From: the human T2T-CHM13v2.0 reference genome, Homo sapiens
Assembly (NCBI RefSeq): GCF_009914755.1
Contig: NC_060926.1
Strand: one strand, 5' to 3'
Length of the DNA stretch: 64,000 nucleotides
Shown here: in pieces, positions 24,869 to 38,084 of the stretch
How the letters are laid out: the number at the start of each line of letters is the position of its first letter
Position numbering within the stretch: the stretch's first letter is position 1
The notes under the pieces: generated by a model
The model's input: only the letters and a program-made list of their open reading frames with translations
Told to the model about the DNA's origin: nothing
Databases searched by the model: none
Program-made: the position numbers and the translations under genes

Positions 24869-25929
24869 TTATTCCAAAGTAAGGCATCTTATTTCAGGTT
24901 TTCAAAACCAACTAGGATGTCAAGCACTTTGAAATAAAGGTTATAAGAAATGTAGGTGTCAAAGTAGCTGTGATATATACTAAGTGGTATAAATATAAAC
25001 AATGGATGCATTAGGAGGTACTTAGGATGTTAGGTACTCAAGACAACTTAAAGGATGTTACTTTGAAATCTTCAAAAGGCAGAGAAAATGTGATAAAGTT
25101 GTTTGCCATTCCTTCACTTGCTCTGCACTCTCTTTGCACATTTGCATTAACTAACCCTTTTGAAACTCTTTCTTCCTTACTCCTCCTTGTCAAAATTCTA
25201 CCCGTGCTCAAGTCCAGCCATCCCACCTTCATGATCTCTAATCTCACTACTTAGTAAAGAATAAAACAGACTAGTTCACATTAACTTATACTAGGAATTT
25301 GGTTCGATATCACATAAAAATCACATTAAAAGGCATTTGTTGTATTTTTAAGAAATGACAACATTAGTACTAAAACAGGCAATCACATTTTTTATCCTTA
25401 GATACACTTAGAGTTAAATGCCTATCACAGAATGCTATGCAATTTAGCATAAAATAACATTAACTTGACCTATGCATAGAATGTCCATGACTTACTTGCT
25501 TTTTACTATGATTTTCTCATTTCCCTTTCTGAAACTGGTGACCTGCTTCCATCTTCTTGAGTCAGAGTCTTCAAGAGATAGTAGTACTAGTAAAATTGAG
25601 TGTCTAGTGTATTGGGTCTTGAGGGATTGTTCCCACATAGGCCCTTACCACTTCTTCATGAGTATTAGCAGGTACTAGAAAGAGATGCCAGAGGCATCCT
25701 GTTTGTTGGCCACTTTGCCACTCATTAAGGTTGCCGTCTTATTTTGGTGTAACCACTACATGTACATCACCTTCCCCAAAATGTCACTTCTTCCGCCTAT
25801 ATTCCAGCAACAGTAGACCACTTGGATTAAATGTTTATTTAATATATGTGATTAAATATATATTTAATTCACTGCATGTATATATGCACATATATATGCA
25901 GCTAGCAAACAGGGTTAAATAGGGTCTTT

Positions 25930-26595
25930 ATTTTATTTTATTTTATTTTATTTTATTTTGTTTTACTTTTAGTTCTGGGATACAAGTGCAGAATGTGCAG
26001 GTTTGTTACATAGCTATATATGTGCCATGGTGGTTTACTGCACCTATCAACCCATCATCTAGGTTTTAAGCCCCACATGCATTAGGTATTTGTCCTAATG
26101 CTCTCCCTCCCCTTGCCCACCACCCCCCAACAGGCCCGGGTGTGTGATGTTCCCCTTCCCGTGTCCATGTGTTCTCACTGTTCGACTCCCACCTATGAGT
26201 GAGAATATGTGGTGTTTGGTTTTCTGTGCCTGTGTTAGTTTGCTGAGAATGATGGCATCCAGCTTCATCCATATCCCTGCAAAGGCCATGAACATGTTCT
26301 TTTTTATGGCTACATAGTATTTCATGGTGTATATGTGCCACATTTTCTTTATCCAGTCTATCATTGATGGGCATTTGGGTTAGTTCCAAGTCTTTGCTAT
26401 TGAAGAGTGCTGCAATAAACATACATGTGCATGTGTCTTTATAGTAGAATGATTTATAATCCTTTGAGTATATACCCAGTAATGGGATTGCTGGGTCAAA
26501 TGGTGTTTCTGGTTCTAGATCCTTGAGGAATTGCCACACTGTCTTCCACAATGGTTGAACTAATTTACACTCCCACTAAGAGTGTAAAAGCGTTC
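25930..26595 (-). mobile_element. L1PA8-10-like, 5'-truncated
   Basis: (ATTTT)n tail; ggttttaagccccacatgcattagg; ORF2 C-terminal ORFs; 12-bp TSD AATAGGGTCTTT at 25918-25929 and 26596-26607. Confidence 0.93.
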
Positions 26596-28549
26596 AATAG
26601 GGTCTTTTTAACACATATCTCCGTAATGCCTCTGGAGTAGATTCTACTCATCTACAAAGATCACTGATGGATATGAGAAACCTTTCAAAATTACAATTCC
26701 TTTGGGCCCACTTTAACTGCTAAGTCAAAATCCTCACATCTGGGACTCAGGAATCTTTTAGTAAGCTACCTGTTGACAGGAAGAACGGCATAACTCTGTG
26801 AAGCAACATTTGGGAGCTGATGGTTTAAAAGGGAACATTTGTGCAGGTTTTCTCCACTTCTGTACTTTTGATTATACTTTTCCTTCCTCTTAGAATGCAC
26901 TTTTTTCTTCTCCACAATATCCTCCTCTAAAAAGTTTATCTGCTTTAGGTTCTTCTTAATGAAAACATAACATAGTCTCTTAATTTGAAATAAAGAGTCC
27001 TTCATCTGTGTTTTCATAATACACTCTGTCTTATTTACCAAAGCCTGCCTTACTTAACTATTTTATTCTCACATTTGGTCTTTTCCCTCTCCTTTCATGT
27101 TGAAACTGAAAAGTCTCAAGATAAGAAATGCTTCCAGAAATTATTTTCTCCCTTAAATGTATTGTAAATAATTCCCACATGCATGCTTGCTAACCACAAC
27201 TTATTTAACAATTCATTGTGATTTTGTCTGTCCTTTTTGGTTTTAGACTTTGACAAAGGGATCCATGTCCTTCTTAACAGGCAGCAGAATCTTCACACAT
27301 TCATCTTGGTTATCTAAGTATTATTATTTGCTAGGTGCATTTATTCACATTGTCAACCTGCCCCCACCCATGGTACTGAGGCCACTGATGTGTGGATGCC
27401 ACTTTGAGAAATATTGGTCTAAATAGAATGCTAGAGTCAGAAATCCAGCTGCTGTACTATCACAGCCACCCTTATAAGTTGTCTCTGTTTTTGCTTTTCT
27501 TTTGAAATGATTTACTTTACTTTTTTCTTGAGGATCAGGCTGACCTTTCTGTCTAATTTCCCTGGAAATATGAAGAATTGGAGTTTTCTTTAGATTCCTG
27601 GACTAGTGCTCCAAGGTCCTATATGATAAGTCCAGCCACCTATCTCAGATTACCTTTCTGCGCTCTGGGCATGGGCTTTGGCCAGTCTGCCTGTTGATTC
27701 TGAGCAATTAGAACCTGAAATTCATTCTCTTTTTGTCTCTCCAGATCTTGTTAATAATGCTCTTTTGTTGGTCTATTTACTAAGCTTTCTATTTCCAGAT
27801 TAGCTCGTCAGGGAATCACTTTTCCATTCTGAACTTGCTTCTGAACCATCATGGGTCACATTTTCCCATATGGAACCAGCGTGAAAGAAGAAAGAGCCAG
27901 AATCAAGTGCAGAGTTGAACGGTGTGGTAAAGCTGACATTTGGAAAATGGATCTAGCTTCAGCACTTGGCTCTAGAGACACAGCTACATAGGCCAAACAC
28001 CAAGTCCAAGGAAGCACCCTACTCATAGTCCCTGCTTCAGCACAGGTTGGCACCGACACTTCCAATTAGGCAGAGCTTCCAGCCAGGAATGAGACTGACT
28101 GCTGGTGCTAAATGTGGGAACTCTATCCAAAGAAAGCAGAACTCCAAAACCTGGCGGCAGAGCTCCAGACCTTTTCCTGGCAAAGGCAGGCAGTGGGCTC
28201 ACTGACATTAAAGTGGGCATTCCAGGAAGACTCTGGTCCTAGAAAAGAGCTGGACTGGTAAAATAACCATTGAGAACTGAAAGATGATTACAAATCTATA
28301 GATGTATTCAAAACCAGATGTGAGAAAGCAGGGAGTGAGAATATAAGGAACTAATATAACCAGAGAGCCACAGAGAGTAGAGATCCTATTATGGGAGGTA
28401 AAATAAGACATAGACCCTGCATCTTGAAGCATGGATTTGATTTTACTGTATTAAGGGGAGAATAAAGCTGTTGAAATAATTGTGGTTTTTACTCAATCAG
28501 AACTGGCCCAGAAACAGAAAATCTGAAAATATAATTGAGGAGATATTTC

Positions 28550-28902
28550 TGCTAGATAATCTAGGTTATTCTGCTGCCAACCAGTCCCAAGACCTCAGTA
28601 GCTTAAAACAGCAAAGGTTTATTTGTCATCCACATTATTTATCCAGCATATGTTGGAGAGGAGCTGATGACTTCACTCTCAAGAACCGAGGCTGATGGAG
28701 TAGGTCACTGTTCCAAAGGGAAGCTGACTTCTGGGAGGTCTTAAATTAGTAATTAATGGTCATCTCTAGAATGTATACATGACTTTTTTGTTATCGATTC
28801 GCTGGCCAGAACTAGCTACTGGCTTCATTCCAACCGCAAGAAACCAGAACTTTCCCAAAAGTATAGAACCAGAAATATTTAGTGAACAGAATTATTGACT
28901 AT
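28550..28902 (-). mobile_element. Old MLT1 (K/L-like) MaLR LTR
   Basis: ctaggttattctgctg...ctcagtagcttaaaacagcaaaggtttattt...ggccagaactag...aaccagaaatatttagtgaacag. Confidence 0.7.
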
Positions 28903-30859
28903 TTAGGTCTCCAGTTTTTGTAGTTACATATGTATTTAAAAGTTAAGAAATATAAAACAAGGTTTCATATACAAACACAGGTGCAGAATTTACAGTAATG
29001 ATGTGTAGGCTGGTTGCACAATAGTGTCCACAGCATACATTTGAGATTCTTCTACCTCTGCCCTCCTCCCACTCTACATTGCTGGGCTCCAGACTTTCTG
29101 CAAAGATCTAATGAGGGCAGATGCAGTTACTGACAACTACTTCATTCCCTGATCTTACCAACTTACCTTTGAGTCCTAATACACGGTCACCATCCTTTTT
29201 CTTTCTCTCTCCTCTTTTTTTTTTAATTTTTTTATTATTTTGCTATCCTCTCCCCATCTTAACATAAACACTTTAACAGGTATTCCATATTTTTCTTGGC
29301 TTCATCCCAGAAATATTTTTTCCCTGCAACATAAAAATTCACCTGCATTTTAATCATAATTTATCTATCTTGGCTCTAGCCAAGGTGAACACTACCACAT
29401 TTAACCTGGTTTGCCATTTGGGGTTACACAGTGCACAGATACATAGAAAGTTCAAAATTAAAAAGAATAGTCTTATTTGGAAATTCTCCAGGTATTTACA
29501 TAGACAGATATGTCATTAACACCATTATCTTTTAAAGAAGAATTTGGGAGAACATGTTGATACCAAAAGAATACAAACAAAAATATGTGCTTTGTTTTTT
29601 AAAAATCACCATAAGGGTCTACATTATTTCCCTGAAGTACAAATCTAACTTGCTATAAAGGTTTCCAATTGGATATACTAATTTAATCAATCATATGGTT
29701 AAAATAAACAGAAAAATAACAAAAATTTGATTGATCTAGGGCTGTTTGCAGCCTGAATGTCAAGCAGACATCAGTCACTTGGTCTTACACCCTTAAATTT
29801 TCATGAGACTAGAAATATGTAAATTAACTACTGCACTTCACAGATAAAAAGCATGGGGGAGAATCTGCAGCACTAAGCAATGTTCATAAACAAACAAAAG
29901 AAAGACTTTTGCACATTTTATAAATTTAAAAATATTTGTGCCGAATCAGTATATGTTTTGTTAATGGTGAATTATTGTTGTTTTCAGTTTAATAGAGAAT
30001 AAACAAGGGCCAATTTATTCAATAGAAGTTTTGTATTCTCCCAAAGTCATATGAGTGTCATGCACAGAAAATGAGGAAGCTGATCTCAGTCTGCCATCAT
30101 AACTTACACAACATGAATGAATTGGCTTAGGATTTTTAAACAAACATCAAAGAAAAAGTGGCATAGATTAAAAGGTTTCTAACATTACATCACGGTTCAG
30201 CTATGTGTTTTTTGTTTTTTTCTGCTTTGAATGAGACTAATTTAGAGTAAAATGTGTTTTTTCATCTGCGGGATAATAATCAATGGTATGCCTTCTATTA
30301 CTACACAATTATATCATCAACTGATAATGATTATGTAAAGTGGCTAATTATTTTTATGATTACTTCAGAATAAGCATTCTAGGAAGCAGTACCTACTCCT
30401 TTAAAATATATAAAAGTCTAATTTTATCAGCCACCAGCAAAACCATTCTTTCTCTCTCAACTCTTGGAAGTGCACCTGTTTATCTCTGCCCTCTGAGTAT
30501 CTTCATCAACTTGGTCATTCCCCATTCTTCACATTGACAGGGACCCAAGAGAAAGCCTGGTGGGGGCCTGAATAAAAGGTGTGTATTTGGAAACTAATTA
30601 AGTTTGATTCATCTCTTTTGGCAGCACTTTGCATTTCTCTTCCCATGTTTTATTTAAAACTTGATTGCTTAAATAGCAATAAACAAACAACTAAACAGAA
30701 CCTGGTGGATAATTATATTGAATTTCACTTATTTATTTGCAATGAGATAGATGATCTGAAGCATAACACATCTACTCTTTGTGACATATGAATTCACTTC
30801 AAACCCCAGACTTACGGGATTTCTCTTTTTCAGATTAAGAAAACAAAATTAGAATTTTC

Positions 30860-31335
30860 TTCTCTTTCTTCAAATTGCAGTTTTAATCTCACCTCCTCCG
30901 TTATACCTTTCTTGATTACTTCATCCAGACATGAATTTTTTCCACCTTAAGCCACAGTAGTGGGTCAACAGTTTTCTTACAGCACTTGTCACACACAGCT
31001 TGATGTGGCTGCCACTTTAGTAACACTTCAACATTGTTCAGTGGCGTCAGAGTAAGTTCCCATTCAAGCAAACCCAGCTAATAGCTATGCAGTAACTAGC
31101 CCTGGTTTTCACATATGGAAATAGGAATGATACCTATTTGGTCTATCTTCCACGATGGTTGTAGCATCCAAACTTGAAAATGTATATCATGGATCCTTGT
31201 AAACCATCAATAATAGTGCAGAAATGTCACCTGTGTCGTGTCTCAAGGAGTGAAACCATGATCTTATTCTACCTCTGTGCTCTCCAAAAAGACTGGTGCT
31301 CAACCACTCTGCTCAACGAATAAATGAAAGAATGT
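30860..31335 (+). mobile_element. L2 fragments with an internal MIR piece
   Basis: ttcttacagcacttgtcaca; ggaaataggaatgatacct; tgctcaacgaataaatgaa tail. Confidence 0.45.
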
Positions 31336-31606
31336 GTGATTGATGCATTGATTGATTACTTAGTCAATGAAAAAGATAGAAGTTCTTAAGGAGGGGTCCA
31401 GAGAAATTGGTGACTAAAAAGGTAGAAAAAAAGAGAGGAAAGTAGAAAAGCAAAGTCAAGGAGTGAGGAGGTTCTGATCCCCACTTTGGTATTCACCATT
31501 GCCTACTTTCCCCATTCCTCTGCCTTCCTCCGGATTCTGCAAAAGGTGCACCCAGCATCATGAACTTCACTTCTGCAAGCATTTTTGGAGTTCTTAGAAT
31601 GGATTA

Positions 31607-32032
31607 CAGTTGACCCTTGAAAAATATGGGTTTTAATTTTGTGAGCTCACTTACACATGGATTTTCTTCCACTCTGCCACCCAAAGACAACAAGACCAAG
31701 CCCTCCTCCTTCTCCTCCTCCTCTGCCTACTCAACATGGAGACAAGAAGGATAAGACCTTTATCATGATCCACTTCCACTTAATGGATAGTAAATATATT
31801 TTCTTTCTTTATTTTCTTAATAGCAGTTTGTTTTCTCTTACTTTATTGTAAGAATTTAGTTAAAATATTAACTAAGAATACAGTATATATAAAAAAGATG
31901 TGTTAATGGACTGCTTATGTTATCAGTAAGGTTTCCAGCCAACAGTAGGCTGTGGGAGTCAAAAATTATATGTGGACTTTCAACTGTTGGGGGATGGCAC
32001 CCCTAACCCCTGCATGGTTCCAGCGTCTCCTG
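31607..32032. mobile_element. Tigger2a (MER28) TcMar DNA transposon
   Basis: TA|cagttgacccttgaa terminal repeat; atgatccacttccacttaat; gcacccctaacccctgc near the other end. Confidence 0.85.
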
Positions 32033-32035
32033 CAT

Positions 32036-32184
32036 TTCATTTAATCACCTCAAAAAACTGATGAAGTGGGCACTATCATTATCTTGATTTTATAGATGAG
32101 GAAAATGAGTCTTAGACAAATAACTTGCCCAACATTGTACAGTGATGGAGTTCAACAGGTGGATTTCAAACCCAGCAATCTGAT
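32036..32184 (-). mobile_element. MIR
   Basis: attttatagatgaggaaaatgag...taacttgcccaa...ggatttcaaacccag. Confidence 0.8.
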
Positions 32185-32191
32185 TGTCCTT

Positions 32192-32575
32192 CATATAAGT
32201 TTGCCAGGGCTGCCATACAAAATACCACATGATGGGGTAGTTTAAACAACAAAATTTTATTGTTTCACAGTTGTAAAGGCTGGAAGTCCTAGATCAAGGT
32301 GTCCAAAGGATTGGTTTCTCCTGAGGCCTCTCTTCCTGGCTTGCAGATGGCCATCTTGCTGCATCCTCACACATAATCATTCCTCTGTGCGCTCACTTCC
32401 CTGGTGTCTCTGTGTGTGTCCAGATTTCTTCCTCTAAGAACACCAGTCCAATTGGATTAGGGCTGCAACCCTCATGACCTCATTTAACTTTAATTACCTC
32501 TTTCAAGGATATATTAACATTGAAACTGGAGCTCCAACATATGAATTTTGTGGGGAAACAAGTCAATCCATAACA
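32192..32575 (-). mobile_element. MLT1B/C-type MaLR solo LTR
   Basis: agtttgccagggctgccata...ggctggaagtcctagatcaaggtgt...caatccataaca. Confidence 0.85.
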
Positions 32576-32638
32576 GTGTCTTTTCCAAACACTTGCCCAA
32601 TGAATGAGAGAAGGTTTTGGCCAAGGTGATGGGATTGC

Positions 32639-32825
32639 TGGTGCTTCTCACACTTCAGTATGACTGAGATTTACTAAAATGTCCATTAACATCACAGATA
32701 TCCTAGTCCCCATACCTAGAAATTCTAACTCAGTAATTTTGGGGTGAGGTTCAAAACCGTGTTCTTTTAACAAAAATCCTCAAGGCACAGGATCTCCAAA
32801 AAATCTCAAAAATACACTAAAGTAG
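32639..32825. mobile_element. MER5A-like
   Basis: gtgcttctcacacttcagt...agaaattctaactcagta...ttttaacaa. Confidence 0.6.
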
Positions 32826-33765
32826 AAGACAGGTAAAACCTCAGAAAAGGATCAATGTTTTCTCTGAAATCCATGGTTACTATTTTTTGAATCACTATTT
32901 TAGTTTACCTGTGTGATCTATCTGGAAGAAAGTATGATCTCCTTATGAGTCGTTTTCATCATTTAATCAAATATCAGGCCAGTTTTTGTTTGTTTGTTAA
33001 TTTTCTTGCCCAAGCTGTGAAAAACAAAAACTGTTTTTATCTTTATTTTCCACAAATTCATCTTTTTAAGGTTTTCTTTTTTGGGAAAGACTCTGCTTTC
33101 TCAGGTTATTTTTTTGACTCTACTCAACTATTCATGAATACAATGGAAATCTCCAATGATATCATTTCTCCCCAACTTTCATGTTGACTTACATTTCCAA
33201 CCTGTTTTTTCCTTATTACTCTTAATGATATCCTATGCAGTAGGACCTTATTTTTATAATTTTCTGAAGGATGAAATCATCAGTAATAGAAATCAGTTCT
33301 TTCAAATGAATAGCTTTTAGTTAAATGGCATTTCGTGGAATCTCCAGTTAGCTGAAATTATCAACTCTGAATATATTCCATCTCTTTATCACCTCTGTAA
33401 ATGCAACTGGGAAAATCTCAATACTTCTTCAAGCGGCTTCATGAAAATCCTGACCTGAGTTTTGAACTACAGCAGGGAGATTTGGATAAGGATATGATCA
33501 AAACTTGGGGAAGCCTCATCTTAAGCCAAAAACTCACTGAAGAAAATTCCCCTTTAAGGTTGGGACCAGTAGAAAGGTGGTACTGGTCATAGCTGTGCCT
33601 CAAGCACCGTCCCATCCTTACTCATGTGCATCAAAGGAGGCCACTCATGAGACTAGAACACCAGGTAGCAGCATCAATATCAAAAAGCACCATGGATTTA
33701 CATGTTGGTCCTCTATGACTGTTAGTAGGAAAACAGCTTGGTAAGCAAAACCAGCGTCAAGTGCA

Positions 33766-33988
33766 AAGTTCTGCAAACTGTGGCCTGTGGGCCAAAATCT
33801 GACTACTGCCTGCTTTTATACATAAAGTATGATTCGAACACAGCCTCACTCATTTGTTTATGTTTTGCCTATGGCTTCTCTCACACTACACTGGCAGAAT
33901 TGAGTCGTTGTGGCAGAGACTGTATAACCACAAAGTCTAAAATATTTACCATCTGGCCCTTTGTAGCAAGTTTGCCAGCCACTCATCT
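33766..33988. mobile_element. MER58A hAT-Charlie MITE
   Basis: gcaaactgtggcctgtgggccaaa...ctaaaatatttaccatctggccctttgtagcaagtttgcc. Confidence 0.85.
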
Positions 33989-34059
33989 AGAGTAAGCTCC
34001 TCCAGACATATAAAATATGCATATCAGTAGCAGTAGGATAAAAGAAGATGTTCACAGAG

Positions 34060-34079
34060 AAAAAAAAAAAAAAAAAAAA
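34060..34079 (+). repeat. Poly(A)20 mononucleotide run with no adjacent SINE or LINE body
   Basis: Read directly. Confidence 0.85.
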
Positions 34080-34389
34080 GCTGCTCTCCGAAGCTCTGAA
34101 TTTCCTACAATGGGCTGGAGGTCACAAGCAGGAATGTGGACATACTTTGTAGGGTTTCCGTGCTACTAAAATTCAGCTCACCCCTATTCTCCATCACAGC
34201 TCCAATCAAGAACTAATAGTTTTACATCAGAAATAGGTTTGAATGGCCCAAAAGCCTGGCTCCCTGCAGGATCGGCTTCAATTCCCTGATGTCTGTCCAA
34301 CCCTGCAGGGCTGCCTAGACTCTCAGGCGCCACCTTCCCTGCTCAGGGTCATTTAGCTCCTCCTGGCCCCAGTTCTAACAAAGAGGCCA

Positions 34390-34814
34390 CTGACCTGAGT
34401 CATTTAGTTCAATTGCTGACAGGAATCCCATTATCTGAGTGCCACTTCCCATTGCGGCCTCTAGATACAGGCACACAGCTTTGCACTCATGATTAACGTG
34501 GGGGATGAGTGGTCACGTACACTCACCAATGGGGAGTTCACGGGGAGAAAGAGGCTTTTACGTGCATTAAATCTGCACTCAAGGCCAGACTCTGGACACA
34601 TTTTTTGTTTTTATTTGTTTGTTTCTTTTTGTTTGTTTGTTTGTTTTCGTTTCTCTCTGACAATCACTGAGTTTCTTCTGTGCTCATTCACTGTGACCTG
34701 AAGGGGAGCCTCAGGCATAGGAACTGCTCCTGGCAGCACAGCTGCTTAGACTGTATATTGCATCAGCTGTGAACTTTTGTGGACTAGAATGATAAATAAG
34801 AGCCTTCTGTGAGT
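34390..34814. promoter_or_regulatory. Candidate enhancer/promoter: AP-1, three ACGTG cores, CCAAT, E-boxes
   Basis: TGAGTCA 34396-34402; ACGTG 34496-34500; CACGTA 34514-34519; CCAAT 34526-34530; TACGTG 34559-34564; + donor gtgagt at 34809. Confidence 0.4.
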
Positions 34815-35439
34815 AACATCATGAAATCAAGCCTGTTTCACTAATAAACTGGCTAATGTTTATTGATTGGATGGTAAATACGTAACAGAAACCTAACAAT
34901 CAAAAATACATTACAAAAGAGGGAGAAAGAAGGAATGAGCACTTTGGAAAGTGTCTGAGGACATTGGTTTTGGAAAATCAACCTGGGGGTAGAGTTAATG
35001 CAGCACACTAAGATCAAAATACCCTCTGCCCAAGGGCATCAACTGGTAAATCAGATCTCTGACCTCACTCAGGAGTACCCTTCTGACCCTGCAGGACATC
35101 AATTTCTAAAACACAGTGACACTCAGTAGTACACATATCCTACCCTTTGGCCAAAGCCTGAATTACATAGTTCATCAAATGTCTGATAGCAAAAGAGCTT
35201 TCGTTTTACTTAAAAAAATTTTTTTTGTATGCTAAATGTAAAAAAGGCCAAACAAGACCCTCATGCCTTGTTTATGGGTCCTGAGGATCATACCCCAGTC
35301 CAAATAGACACTATCACTTATTTAGTAAGAGGTTACATTGACTACTGTGAATGAGGGAAGATCACTGTGGGCCATGTGTGAAGGCTCTTTGGGTTTGTGC
35401 AAACCCATGATAAAGATGGGACAATGGCAACAATGATGA

Positions 35440-35595
35440 CAATGATAATTAACAGTTATTAACCATGCCTCTGTGATAGATTCGTTGCTAAGGGTTTTAC
35501 CTGTGTAGCCTAGTGCAATACTTACAACCACCCTTCAAGATAAATACTATAAGTAACTCCCAAATTACGGAGTGGTAGCTAAGGTCACCACGATG
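35440..35595 (-). mobile_element. MIR fragment
   Basis: tgctaagggttttacctgtg...cttacaaccaccct...gctaaggtcac. Confidence 0.5.
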
Positions 35596-35672
35596 CTATG
35601 TCCTAACTATTTTGTCTCTAAGTCACCTTTCCTAAGGCCTTTCTTTGTCGTGAAAATATTGACAATATTTTC

Positions 35673-35911
35673 TTTTTTATTATTATTATACTTTAAGTTT
35701 TAGGGTACATGTGCACAACGTGCAGGTTTTTTACATATGTATACATGTGCCATGTTGTTATGCTGCACCCATTAACTCATCATTTAGCATTAGGTATATC
35801 TCCTAATGCTATCCTTCCACCCTCCCCCCAACCCACAACAGTCCCTGGTGTGTGATGTTCCCCTTCCTGTGTCCATGTGTTCTCATTGTTCAATTCCCAC
35901 CTATGAGTGAG
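35673..35911 (-). mobile_element. L1PA3/4-like 3'UTR-only insertion
   Basis: L1PA 3' end; 9-bp TSD AATATTTTC at 35664-35672 and 35912-35920. Confidence 0.95.
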
Positions 35912-36229
35912 AATATTTTCATGTAAAATGCCAGAAATAATGTGCAGAAGAGAAAATTTTTGAATGTTGCCTTAGCACCCTATGGAAATTTAATCTGTAA
36001 TTTCTTACTTTTCCATTAACATTCCAAATGTACCCCAGGAATAAGACTCTTGGTACATCCAGAGAGAAGTCCATTTCCTATCTTTAGCTATGTGATTAAT
36101 AATTATAAAAGTATCAAGAGAGAAAGTTTCATCAGCTCTGGAAGGTTTAAAGCATTCCTATCTGAGGACTTAGAAATGTGTTCTCACAGGATCTCTGATA
36201 AGATGGAATCAAGAGCTTGATATGTTTTA

Positions 36230-36288
36230 CTTTTTTAATTTTGATTTTTTTCAGACAGTGTCTCGCTCTGTCACCCAGGCTGGAGTGC
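36230..36288 (-). mobile_element. Very short Alu 3'-end fragment abutting a MIR piece
   Basis: agacagtgtctcgctctgtcacccaggctggagtgc then tctgtgaaatggaaatt. Confidence 0.75.
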
Positions 36289-36603
36289 TGTCTGTGAAAT
36301 GGAAATTATAACAGGCCTCTTGGCAGGCCTCCATGTGACAAATAACAATCTTAACACAAAGACTAGCACATAGTACACACTCACTTAACCATAGCCATTA
36401 ATGTAACTGGGAGTTATTATATTTCACATTTACGGTCTGACACAGCATTATGTGTTTCCTGTTTTCTAATATGTGAAGTATACATGCAGGAATTCTGGTT
36501 TAACCAGTCAAGAGTTTGTTGTTTTATTTTTTGGAATCATTCTAATATGTCCAAAGTATTTTTATCCCTTAGTGAGTTCAATATATAATTGAATTTTTCT
36601 TTT

Positions 36604-36869
36604 TCTTTTTTTTTGAGACAGAGTTTCTTGTCTCCTAGGCTGGAGTACAATGGTGCAATCTTGGCTCACTGCAACTTCCCCTGGGTTCAAGTGATTCTCC
36701 TGTCTCAGCCTCCTGAGTAGCTGGGATTACAGGTGCCTGCCAACATGCCAGGCTAATTTTTATATTTTTAGTAGAGACGGGATTTCACTATGTTGGCCAA
36801 GCTGGTCTCGAACTCCTGACCTCAGGCGATCTGCCCGCCTCGGCCTCCCAAAGTGCTGGGATTACAAGC
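36604..36869 (-). mobile_element. AluS (Sx-like), missing ~20 nt at the 5' end
   Basis: 16-bp TSD ATTGAATTTTTCTTTT at 36588-36603 and 36870-36885. Confidence 0.95.
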
Positions 36870-37350
36870 ATTGAATTTTTCTTTTATTATTGAGTTTCCC
36901 ACAAGACTTTAGGGACATTCATTTGAGCTTCATTTCTTTTTGTTGCTCACTGAAGAAGGAGATTTTGGACACAGAAGATTAGGTTCGACTGTCTTCCAAC
37001 CCAATCCATAACTATAAAATTTCACTTTTCTAATTGAAAGCTCAACATGGATTGATCTCATTTGAAATAATTCAGGACTTATTTAAGAAGCTCTTCATAT
37101 GTTTTAAGGCTTTCCTGATGCTATGATTTCTAATAATAATAAATATTATACCAACTTTCTGCCTGGCAAAACCCGGAGTTTAGGTTGATACTTTTCTCCT
37201 CAATTAATAAATGGAGAGAATATTCAAAACAAGCCATTAAAATTGGGCAAAAAATAACAATCTCTTTCCTAATCAGCATGTTGCTCTCCACAAGAATTTA
37301 AGAATCCCTGTGGATTACCTCTGTAGACCACGGGATGTAATTTGTTATAG

Positions 37351-37840
37351 CAGTGGTTCTCAAGCTTAAGTGTACATCCGAATCACTGGGAAAGCTTGTC
37401 AAAAAATGGATTTCTGGGACTCACTCCCAGATTTCTGATCTGGTAGGCTGGGTGAGGCTTTGTATTTCTAACAGTTTCCCAGATATGCTGACACTGCTGG
37501 TCCAGGGACTACATATTTTTATTGATATACTAGAGTTGTTCATATTTTGGGATACATGTGATATTTTGATACATGTATACAATGTATAATGATTTTGTCA
37601 GGGTAATTGGAATATTTATTGCCTCAAACATTTATCTTTTCTTTGTGTTGGAAACATTATAATTCTCATGTAATTATTTTGGAATATACAAAAAATTATC
37701 ATTAACTATAATTTCCCTACTATACTGTCAAATACTAGACTATATTTCTTCTATCTAACTGTATTTTGGTACCCCTTAATCACCTTCTCTTCATATACCC
37801 ACCCTTCCTTTTCCAGCCAAGGACAACATTTTGAGAAAAT
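37351..37840. mobile_element. MER5A split by an L1MA insertion
   Basis: cagtggttctcaagctt...tgctggtccagggactaca, resuming as ggacaacattttgagaa after the L1. Confidence 0.8.
37515..37818 (-). mobile_element. L1MA-type 3' end
   Basis: gggatacatgtgatattttgatacatgtatacaatgtataatga...ctaactgtatttt; degenerate TSD ggactacat/ggacaacat. Confidence 0.85.
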
Positions 37841-38084
37841 CAGTATTCTTTGAGGAAGTCAAATTTTCTCACCTCTGCAGGGTATATCTTTCACAAGAAA
37901 GATCCCATTACTAACCAAGTGGGCTTTGTTTTTAAATAACAGCTTTTTCCCTCATCCTTTCAAATCTGAGCATTCCTCAAGATTCATTCTTTATACGTTT
38001 TTATTTTCCTTCTCTTTTGCAGAGAAGTCTTCAGTCTTTCGTGTTCATCTCTATGCAACTGGCTCTCAAGTCTGTTTGTTAAAT

